NCBI RefSeq assembly: GCF_000315625.1
Contig: NW_005434670.1
Span: forward strand, 1,211,966 to 1,275,965
Source: Guillardia theta CCMP2712
Lineage: Eukaryota; Protista; Cryptophyta
Length of the DNA: 64,000 bases
Reading direction: 5' to 3'
Notes under the pieces: generated by a model
Told to the model about the DNA's origin: nothing
The model's input: the letters and a program-made list of their open reading frames with translations, nothing else
The model's database searches: none
Made by a program: the position numbers and the translations under genes
Shown: positions 11,801 to 20,083 of the stretch, in pieces
How positions within the stretch are numbered: the stretch's first letter is position 1
Layout of the letters: each line of letters begins with the position of its first letter

Positions 11801-14800
11801 ACACAAAAGATCCGATGTCAGATTTCACAGGCTGCATGGGGATATGAGCTCCTATCGAGTCCGCTCGATCGAAGGAGCAAAGTACCTCCAACTCTGGAAA
11901 GACGACTTCTCAGGATTCAAGATGCCTGTAGGTTTAGCGAGCAAGAAAGGTTACAGGAAATCGTTACGACTTGTTGTCACGAGATTCAACAATGGGGTCT
12001 ACCCCAAAGTGATTCGAGTTGACAATGGGAGCGAAATGGTTTCAAAGAAATCACTGAAGATGTACGAGAAGCACAACATCCACCTAGAAAGAAGCGCACC
12101 ATATGAGCATTGGCAAAATGGAAGAGCTGAATCTGGAATCTACTCGTTAGATACAAGGACTAGATTGGCAATCGTACACTCAAACGTTCCGAAAAATCTC
12201 TGGCTCAGCGCTATATATTACAACGCAGAGATCGAGAATGCATTCCTTCCTACCAGCAGAAACTCAAACATCAGTTGCTACCAAGCGTTTACAGGTACAT
12301 CACCAAACGCAGAACACTTCCATCCATTCGGTTGCCTCTGCTACGTTCATATCCTAAAGGACAGAAGATTAGATCAAAAGAAAGACAAAAAACTCGAGCC
12401 AACAGCAGAAGTTTGCGTGTTTCTTGGCTTCGCCCACCACCTAGGAATGAAAGGTTATTTGGCAGCAGCACTGAATGGGAAACAACTGTACGTCACACAG
12501 AACAATATAAGTTTCAACGAAGAAGTATTCCCCTACAGATTTTCTCACCCGGAGGACAGATCTTGGAAAATACCATACGGCGGAACTGATGATTTTGGCG
12601 ACGACAACGTCATTGTGCTCAAAAGAGCCGGTGAACGATTGATCGAAATGTCAGATACATCAGACGCATCAGATTCAGAATCTGAAGATGCCGGTGGAAA
12701 CTCCAGCGCCCAACCTGAAGAAAGAAATCGACGACCGTTTGCAGATCAACAACATGGCATAGCACACAATGATCCCATGGTGATCCAAGTGAGGCAACAA
12801 GCTATTGAAGTTGACAACCATCTCACGAGAACCTGTTCTGAGACATCAGTTGTAAGAGAGAGTGATATCACACAAGACGAACAAGTAGCGGTGGATCCAG
12901 GACTATCAGAAAGAGGGCACATGAACCGTGAACTAGCCAGTCTTCAAGTCGAAACCTACAACAGTGGTGAAAAGGATTTTGAGTGGGATAAACTCACCCA
13001 AATACCTGAACATCAACTGAGGTCAGGACGAATTGTACAGAAGACGAATGTGGACACACCGACAAGTGATTCAGACCACGAAGACAATGATCTTCCAGCA
13101 GGAATTGAAGAGTTCGACAATCAAGACTTCATCAATGCGACACTACTTCCCTTAACGAAGCGACAATACTGTGGAGTACTTGTCGACACATACAATAACC
13201 TGGAAGAGAAAATCATGACATGGTCACACGGGCCACCACAACGAAACATGTACAACGAAAATCATTACAACGAAGAAATCGACAGCTTGATGTCTTTTCT
13301 TCAAGGATGCAAGAAAGATGAAAGAAGAGAATCAAGGATACAAAAAGCTCAACTATTCTACACAGGCATGTTGTCGGCAACCAGCCATATCGCGTTTGAC
13401 AATGACGAACCAAGCATCAAAGAAGCTCTCAACAACAACAACCCAGAGAGACACCATTGGATAACAGCAATTCAGTCAGAGGCACGATCATGGAACGGAC
13501 TAAAAGTATTCGAAGAAGTCGACAACATCCCAGACGGAAGAAAGGCAATCGGATGCAGAATCATCCTTAAAAGGAAAAGAGGACCGAATGGAGAAGTATT
13601 GAAATACAAGGCAAGAGCGATCATACAAGGTTACAACGCGGTACAAGGGATCGATTACCTCGACTCCTTCTCAGCGACAGCGAACCCAGTTACGATCAGA
13701 CTCCTTCTGACAATCGCCAGAGCAAACAAATGGCACGTCAGATGTCAAGATATCTCAACTGCATACCTGATGGCACCACTTCCTACAGTTGTATATATCA
13801 GGACCCCAAAGGAATTTCAAGAGTTCTGCAACATTAGAGCAGCATACTTGAAGATCCTGAGTTCAGTCTATGGACTTCCTTCATCAGGTCGAAACTTCTG
13901 GAAGAAGCTCTGCCAAGACCTACGCGATTTCGGTTTCAAAGCCTGCACGTCAGATGATTGTTTGTTTCTATATCATGACGAGCAAGGGGAAGAGATCATC
14001 ATCGCATTAGTAGTCGACGACATCATCCAAGCTAGCAACAGCCAAGCACTATTTGCAAAGTTCGACGACTTCATGATGAACACAAAAGGATACAGCGTAA
14101 CAACTGACAACGATCTTAGCTTCTATCTGGGAGTCGCGTACAAGAGGGACGAAGCTGGAGACTTCATCAGCAACCAGCAAGCGTACATCGAAAAATGTTT
14201 GAAAAGATTCAACCTTGAGGGGATCGACCCTACAGGGAAATTCACCACGCCAATGGATCCCAAGTTCGTGATCGAACCAGAAGACGTTGATCCGCACGCG
14301 CCTGAAGACTTAGTCAAAATTTACAGAAGCCAAGTAGCAAGTCTGATATACATAGCAACATGGTCAAGACCAGAAATCAGCTATGCAGTATCATTGCTAT
14401 CAAGATATCTCACAAGTCCTACGAAGAAACTGTTAATGGCAGTGCACAGAGTATACGCTTATCTCAAGAACACCAAGACACTAGGAATCAGATACACCGA
14501 CAACGATGACAACGGACACAAGAAAATGGAACTAGTCGCATTCTGCGATAGCTCAGACGCCGATTGCAAGCTCACAAGCAGATCAACCGGTGGATACGTC
14601 ATTTTCCTCAATGGGACACCAATCTCATGGAAATCAGCAAGACACAACACAGTCTCACTGTCTACCATGGAAAGCGAATACATCCAAAGCACGCTTACAG
14701 CTATCGAGATTTTGTACTTGCGAGAGACGCTCGAGTTCATGGGATACAAGCAACCTACGACGATATGCTATCAAGACAACGCCGCCTGCATCAAGCTCAG

Positions 14801-15026
14801 CGAGAATCCCGTCAGCAAGAGCAGATCGAAACACATCAAGAGAAGACACCACTTCATACGACAATGCGTTGCCAACAAGGAGATCACCTTGGAAGCAATT
14901 CATACAAGCGAGCAAGTTGCTGATATATTCACAAAACCGCTGCCCGCTGATCAGTTTCTCTACCTAAGAGACCAATTGTTGAACCTCCCTGAAGCAATAC
15001 GCTATCAAAGGAAAACAAAAAAGTAA
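8880..15026 (+). CDS. Copia gag-pol polyprotein of element A (single intact ORF)
   Basis: Protease AIVDSGAT; integrase WHVRTNH..CHTC, LHGD..RVDNGSE..QNGRAE; RT KYKARAI..QDISTAYL..VYGLPSSGR..LVVDD; RNase H FCDSSDA..STMESEY..QDNAAC..SKHI..QVADIFTKPL. Confidence 0.96.
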   Translation: MSLALKEQMSPYRLQWPPINQPQDSMITAVTPENMQRLAPDIENFIQFELIGQYYAYLNSEGNPENMRAYFDCHFPIRDTQSEELQENMRQKRREFVREADAALTQILHTVYMQCPGRIQILKAHMEEEHKSPETPTKLCLAGIKAWTDFKRLDKPTEATKAEQTLANLKELEQAVIYNGDYQSYIPNVVRTLKKFASQGKDCTFIYTRAFKDVIDNLRAIDETGVQAELGSWITSQIHRNATEENFFYEGEPQIEDFLKFHQHMMNFTTRGTKHPIPILQAGQESSGKKSTEAHHSGQKRKANAVFSASIKQNNTPQKIRRQQQENFTGCKICKEKRLPARISLSHATSEHDASRIGERATGNKTAPTMKRITGSISTGFQTRAGRSAKFTAKSHRSSNPNRSNEESGQYPKSKYKQTVSIDKKVLVNLTKALQEATSTDQTETQESVQESPSSDEDESDEPSSSRTPPKRLKEVVKETFRGTLGRSSRKNKSPKEYPCSKNYVVYQSDTRSKTDEIQLHKLDAALFSKVSKPWYLEYIFHIPRLLIRNTDRYQVFLHALKAKEQQESLYAIVDSGATVSVLCNPSWLQRSFTHKTEITGVGGSKINTSLGGILAGTIASIEGKRFAFATIATVISDENAKINLLSIWRITNSGHTIIHKGKPEGGLHGIITLNNEFIPFYFCPSTYLWYVEIQRPNRKTNKIISKLSAKTIWDKDTILREIQEGEIPLTATIKESTQTTNTQSTSKRRIHLIIHGARLESVPRWGGSIHIYQAAMQGESTTSATAFKPTHMKTFPISMRDVRPELDTSEESDSENGETLDSCSSSDDELMTTDNTPLEPARQFTTEEIQQQTKEYLNDPRSFTDFDDFTNTTIEELDENDKEYEEQLKNDKSDLKNIYLYSTGERIKGTRASAILLKWHVRTNHIGKKYLFQLAENIEGMEELKRINPKTPLPTCHTCRRAKTKAAPLPKFRHKRSDVRFHRLHGDMSSYRVRSIEGAKYLQLWKDDFSGFKMPVGLASKKGYRKSLRLVVTRFNNGVYPKVIRVDNGSEMVSKKSLKMYEKHNIHLERSAPYEHWQNGRAESGIYSLDTRTRLAIVHSNVPKNLWLSAIYYNAEIENAFLPTSRNSNISCYQAFTGTSPNAEHFHPFGCLCYVHILKDRRLDQKKDKKLEPTAEVCVFLGFAHHLGMKGYLAAALNGKQLYVTQNNISFNEEVFPYRFSHPEDRSWKIPYGGTDDFGDDNVIVLKRAGERLIEMSDTSDASDSESEDAGGNSSAQPEERNRRPFADQQHGIAHNDPMVIQVRQQAIEVDNHLTRTCSETSVVRESDITQDEQVAVDPGLSERGHMNRELASLQVETYNSGEKDFEWDKLTQIPEHQLRSGRIVQKTNVDTPTSDSDHEDNDLPAGIEEFDNQDFINATLLPLTKRQYCGVLVDTYNNLEEKIMTWSHGPPQRNMYNENHYNEEIDSLMSFLQGCKKDERRESRIQKAQLFYTGMLSATSHIAFDNDEPSIKEALNNNNPERHHWITAIQSEARSWNGLKVFEEVDNIPDGRKAIGCRIILKRKRGPNGEVLKYKARAIIQGYNAVQGIDYLDSFSATANPVTIRLLLTIARANKWHVRCQDISTAYLMAPLPTVVYIRTPKEFQEFCNIRAAYLKILSSVYGLPSSGRNFWKKLCQDLRDFGFKACTSDDCLFLYHDEQGEEIIIALVVDDIIQASNSQALFAKFDDFMMNTKGYSVTTDNDLSFYLGVAYKRDEAGDFISNQQAYIEKCLKRFNLEGIDPTGKFTTPMDPKFVIEPEDVDPHAPEDLVKIYRSQVASLIYIATWSRPEISYAVSLLSRYLTSPTKKLLMAVHRVYAYLKNTKTLGIRYTDNDDNGHKKMELVAFCDSSDADCKLTSRSTGGYVIFLNGTPISWKSARHNTVSLSTMESEYIQSTLTAIEILYLRETLEFMGYKQPTTICYQDNAACIKLSENPVSKSRSKHIKRRHHFIRQCVANKEITLEAIHTSEQVADIFTKPLPADQFLYLRDQLLNLPEAIRYQRKTKK

Positions 15027-15885
15027 TTCATACGATGATTACCTTTGGTAATTTTCAAAATGAATAAACTTTTCTCAAACTTGTCTAAGATCCTTCGAAG
15101 GACAAAGACGCATACGCGAAGTGCTGAGCGCCTCTGGACTGTTCTAGTACCAGGGAGTAGCATAGTACAAGCGAAACCATAAGCATGTGGCACAACTTGA
15201 GCATCCCTGGGGCATTGCGACTTCAGTGGGTAGTGATAGTTGCTTGCAAACGCAAATGGACATGGGAGAAAGGAGTAAGAGTTTCATAGCACAGCTTCCC
15301 CATAGTGCATGGGCTGATATGGTGACATGGAAACATGATTGCTAATCAGGGCGATGGCGCGTAACATGATTTCTTTTGAAACATGGAAACGTACTCTTCG
15401 TTAACTCACTACGTGGGTAACCGGCGTGTAGCAAAATGCTGCATAGCTGCTCTAAACTTCCATTGAAGCTAGTTGATGATGCGAAAAGCTACATCAGGGT
15501 TTGGAATTGCTTACCCCACACAATCAGCAGTGTGTGAAAGGCAATCCAACGTCTCGTTACCTCAAAAATGCTACACGCAATTCCTCACGTGCATCCACAA
15601 AATGCTACGAAGGAAACGTAAAAGCATGTGGAAACGACGTGTTATGCTCACTGAAAGGCATATGAATGCATGTATGACTTTGGAACCTATGTCATTTGCT
15701 GAAACGTACTGGGAACTCACCGTCCTGGGCCACATTTGCATTTTGGCTTTCTGCCATTTTCGCATTTTGTTGGTTAGTTCGCGAAGAGACAAAGGGAGAC
15801 CCTCATACAGCACCAGAATCGTTGGGTCGGTCCCGGTGTTGCATAAATCAATGCTCTCACGCAGTGACGACACTGAGTTTCGAGC

Positions 15886-15894
15886 AAGGGGGAG
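15886..15894 (+). promoter_or_regulatory. Polypurine tract of element A
   Basis: AAGGGGGAG immediately before the 3' LTR (TGATG at 15895). Confidence 0.85.
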
Positions 15895-16067
15895 TGATGT
15901 TGCACCCGCATGACGTTACGTCAGTAACGGACATGGCAGCATCATGCGAGTAGTCGCAAGAGGCTACGTACGCTGGCGAGGTGTATAATGCTAGAATCGA
16001 AGATGTGTACTGGACGTAGACGTACGTACAACACATTGGTATGATGAAAGCATGAGGCTGGTATAAA
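15895..16067 (+). repeat. 3' LTR of element A, left part
   Basis: Identical by eye to the start of the 5' LTR, up to GGTATAAA. Confidence 0.95.
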
Positions 16068-16991
16068 TGTTGAAGCACCTGATAGGAGGAAGCTTCACCT
16101 CAGACAATGCCAAGTAATCGACGTGGCTCAAGTGCACAGATGCTTAGAGCCTCGGAATGCATCCCTGGAGAGGACAGCAACAGCTACAATAAGGACGACG
16201 TAGGAGAATCATGAAGAAGACAGCAAGAACTTAGGAATCGTGGATGGCAGCAGGAGATAAGCGAGCCAGCTTATATCAGTCCACGACAGGACAGCAGATG
16301 ACACGGTGGCAGGATATGGCTACACTCAAGGGGAGATTGGAAGTATCACCCCTGAAGTCATGGACATGGGAGAACAAGGGGTCTGATCAAAGAAGACAGT
16401 ACTATCATGATCATCTTAGCGGAGGACATACAAGGAATGCACGAGACCACCTCCAAGCATGCTCCTACGGAGACACAGGACCTGTCAAGGTCAAGGGAGC
16501 AGCTACATCAACTTCACAGAGAGCGTTGGATGAGAATCGAAGACCTCGTCATGTCAAGCCTATGACTCTTTCTCAGGGGACCCTCAAGGTACGGAACCAG
16601 GCCTCGGACCGGTCGAAGAATCATATCGCAGATAAGAAGCGTAGAGTACCGGTAGTGGTAGTTCCTAGGACCGGGCAGCCCCTATTTTAGGGACCGAGGA
16701 AGAGGAAGAAGGGCCGCACGCATTGGCAGGACAGGGAAAGGAGAACGAGGTGTACAGTCTCTGTGAGACTGGGTTGCTTGAAGTAAACAAGCTTGACCAT
16801 CTATACCAATCTCTTATCTCCTCCGTTTGTTCTCTGTATCCTGATATCATTCCTGCGTGGCCACCATTCGTGATATCTATTACCGCTGCTACAGAAACTT
16901 GCAGTCGGTGCTATCACTGTCTACTTCGGGTGTCACTGCTACTGTGACTGTGTCACCGTCTGTGGAGAGAAGGTTACTGGGAACTTCAACA
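16068..16991 (+). repeat. 5' LTR of element B (924 bp)
   Basis: Matches 24300-25223; the ORF-track translations inside the two copies are identical; 8-bp terminal inverted repeat. Confidence 0.96.
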
Positions 16992-17152
16992 TATTCTAAA
17001 AATTTTAGAATATCAGTGCCTAGATATTCTATTTCTCGAGAAACCTTGTATCACGGCAACCAGTGGACTCTTACTCTCACATTCGGAGTGACATCAGCGG
17101 GAGAGTATCTGTGGAGTGACAACGGTAGTAACAGCTGAGCCTGGAATCAAAC

Positions 17153-20083
17153 ATGGGCTCTGATATCAAAATGGCTATGGAAATTCATGAAGCGTTCTCA
17201 AAGACAAGCATTGACCTGACTAAGCTGAAGGATAATTCGGGCAACAATGTTTTTAAGACGGAGGAGGAAATGTGGGGTACGCTCAATCCGTTTTTCACAA
17301 CTCTCGAACGAGTCAGGCCAGGACTACGAGACGTGTTCATGAATATCTTGTCATTGTTCCCGATCACCGAAGAAGACAGTGTAAACTTGGGTTCCAGGCT
17401 GGAGAAGAGTCTTACGTCTTGGGAAGAGCATGTAGATTTCGATGATGACGAAGGAAAGTTTTACACGACAATCGAATGGAAAGGAATCGTCGTGGGAGTT
17501 TTTCTCAGGAAAAACTGGCCGTTCAAGTCCATCAAGCGAGTAGAGGCAACTGTAACCGATCTGAAGAGACGTTTCGACGAGTTCCAGGAGGAGTCACAGG
17601 AGCCTGAGGACCAAGAAAACTACCAGTGGTTAATCGATGCAGAAGTCACTGCTAGCGGGGAAAGCAGAAGGGCAAGACTGAGGCAGAGATTACCTTGGGA
17701 TTTGACAAATGATAAAACAGTACAGGGCATTGCGGCCCTATACAAAGACGTGATGGAGATTACGGAAGAAATCAATCAGTTCTTCAAAAATCGACTGACG
17801 GAGATCTTTCCTAGAGCATTACGACTGTCGGGGCAAGAAGATTATCCTCTGTCTGGATACCTCGGATTCTCTTATGTGAAATATTGGATATCACTTCAAT
17901 TCAGGAACCGTACAGCACCGAGAAATCTGATTGACCGCGTCAAGAGTCTAGTCTCGGAGGCTGAAGTTGATGACTTCGAGAAACTGCTTGACATCCCCCT
18001 AGAGGTTTGCTCCCTCCTCAAGCAGTTGAAAAGGAAAGAAGCAATCTCGACGGGTGGCACTCAAGAAGTTGTTGACTTGGAAAAGGAATTAGTGCGGAGT
18101 CTTCTGGGCAAATGTAAGACGTCGAAGATCGACGAAGTATCTTTCTTGGGGAGGATACAGGCTGCTGAGGGTAGATTGATAACCATGTCGGAAGTTCAGC
18201 GCAGAATTTCTAATATCTACGCCGAGCACAAGGCGCGAAGACAGTATGAAGGGCCTACACTGCGTCATCATAAGACAGCTAACTTGGGCCATGCTCAAAC
18301 AGGGGCCACCAAACATTCCGATCATCCATCGTCAGAGCCAGGATCAAGTGGTGCTCGACATGGCAGGAATAACGATGTACCGGGACGAGGATTCCAGCAT
18401 GGGAGACATCGTGGTTCGGACTCGCGCGGCGGAGGATGGCGTGACTCGCAGTCACTCCCGGATGGCAATCCGATCCGGTATGATCAGCAACAAGCCTCTG
18501 ATCATTCTCCCTGGCAGGCTCATGGTAACACTCATCGGCGAGGACAATGGCGAAATCCCTCACGCGGCAGATCGCAAGAACAGCAAGCGTTGCATACGCG
18601 AGAAGAAGGCAACGGCAGCTGCGAAGGAGCTCCATCATACAGGCAACACGATGGGAGAGGTCGCTTCAATCCAAGAGGGAAGGGAGCCAATCGTGGGGGA
18701 CGAGGGCGGATGCAACCAGGTCGCAGAGGACGACGAGAGCACTGGACGGGCCCTCTGATCCCGCACCGTGATGATCACCAGCCTCGGGTGCAATCTGACG
18801 AAGAGCAGGAGGACTCGGTTGTAGGACGAGCAGCAGGCGGCACTGCGGGCAGCTCGGGAGATTCGTGGCAAAGAAGGAGACAGAGGGGACACGGGCCTGG
18901 ACATGCGACTAGGGGCATGAGGCACGATCCCGGGACTCGTATGTATGAAAACAGTCGTGTTGCATTGCTGGAAGAAAAACTCGATATTTTGACAGACCGA
19001 CTGATGGAGAGACTTGCTCCTGATCATTCCAGCCGGACAGAAGTATCACGGAGGCAAGCCGCTCCTCATGCAAATGAGAGGAGGGTCCTGTACCTGACAG
19101 ATGGTCGATCGGCGGTGGACGATGTGGCCTTGATAGGTCAGGCACCAGCAACCTCGGATAGGAGAACAAGAAATGTGAGCCAGAGGCTTGGCGAACGAGA
19201 AGAAGTGGATTCTTGTCAGGAAGCCTCAGATACAGATAATCCATTTCAATCAGGTGACATTCATGTACGACGAGTTATGCGCAGGGTGCACGTCTGTCTT
19301 GATATCGAAAAATTGCTCAGAGCTAAGGCGTTCCTGAACGTACACTTACCGGGTTGTCACCATATGTTACTCGATACCGGAGCTAATATCAGTCTCTGCG
19401 GTGACAGATCTCTATTGACGAATGTGCGTAAAAGTCTACAAGCCACTGTTGTCAGCACAGCCAGCGGGGAGACATTTACGTGCGAGGAAGAAGGAGAAAT
19501 GAGAGTGCAATGTGCAATTACAAGCAATGGAAATGTTACTATCGCACATACATTCGTACTTACAGCAATGGTATGTGCAGAGACTCCGCTCACCATCTTT
19601 TCAATGAGTCAATTTCTTGGAGAAGAGACAACTGTGGAACTGTCTGGGAAGTCAACTGGATCTTGGGTTCGTATGCCAGATAACTTACTGTTACCTGTAC
19701 ACCTTTGGGAGGGAATCTATGTGCTTAAAGCAGCAGTTGATAAGTCTCGACACTCACTTGTCATCGCAGCACAGTCAAGCAGCCGTAATACTGAGGCAGC
19801 GGCCCTACTGACAAAGTGTGCAGCAGAGCCCTCCACTGCTGAAGAAGACAAGGTATCACTGAAATCCTTGAGCAACAAGGACATTCCAGCCTCCCCATTC
19901 AACCCAATTCCAACCATTCTGTGGCACTGGAGACTTGGGCTTGGCAAAAGGGAACAACAAAGTGACATACAGTCCAACCCATCGCACAGCAGGTCCTTGT
20001 CATGTTTGTCAAACCAGCAAATTCTCAAAGCTACCTATCAAAACCCAAGGCGGCTACCGACAAGAAAGAGCCGAAAGGATTAA
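17153..20083 (+). CDS. Element B gag + aspartic protease (ORF1)
   Basis: RGG/basic nucleocapsid-like region; protease MLLDTGANIS; start of integrase LWHWRLG before the frame changes at ~19935. Confidence 0.85.
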   Translation: MGSDIKMAMEIHEAFSKTSIDLTKLKDNSGNNVFKTEEEMWGTLNPFFTTLERVRPGLRDVFMNILSLFPITEEDSVNLGSRLEKSLTSWEEHVDFDDDEGKFYTTIEWKGIVVGVFLRKNWPFKSIKRVEATVTDLKRRFDEFQEESQEPEDQENYQWLIDAEVTASGESRRARLRQRLPWDLTNDKTVQGIAALYKDVMEITEEINQFFKNRLTEIFPRALRLSGQEDYPLSGYLGFSYVKYWISLQFRNRTAPRNLIDRVKSLVSEAEVDDFEKLLDIPLEVCSLLKQLKRKEAISTGGTQEVVDLEKELVRSLLGKCKTSKIDEVSFLGRIQAAEGRLITMSEVQRRISNIYAEHKARRQYEGPTLRHHKTANLGHAQTGATKHSDHPSSEPGSSGARHGRNNDVPGRGFQHGRHRGSDSRGGGWRDSQSLPDGNPIRYDQQQASDHSPWQAHGNTHRRGQWRNPSRGRSQEQQALHTREEGNGSCEGAPSYRQHDGRGRFNPRGKGANRGGRGRMQPGRRGRREHWTGPLIPHRDDHQPRVQSDEEQEDSVVGRAAGGTAGSSGDSWQRRRQRGHGPGHATRGMRHDPGTRMYENSRVALLEEKLDILTDRLMERLAPDHSSRTEVSRRQAAPHANERRVLYLTDGRSAVDDVALIGQAPATSDRRTRNVSQRLGEREEVDSCQEASDTDNPFQSGDIHVRRVMRRVHVCLDIEKLLRAKAFLNVHLPGCHHMLLDTGANISLCGDRSLLTNVRKSLQATVVSTASGETFTCEEEGEMRVQCAITSNGNVTIAHTFVLTAMVCAETPLTIFSMSQFLGEETTVELSGKSTGSWVRMPDNLLLPVHLWEGIYVLKAAVDKSRHSLVIAAQSSSRNTEAAALLTKCAAEPSTAEEDKVSLKSLSNKDIPASPFNPIPTILWHWRLGLGKREQQSDIQSNPSHSRSLSCLSNQQILKATYQNPRRLPTRKSRKD

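Noticed and set aside
16244-16690. 148-aa ORF in both LTRs of element B
   Set aside because: It is duplicated only because the LTRs are; there is no recognisable domain.
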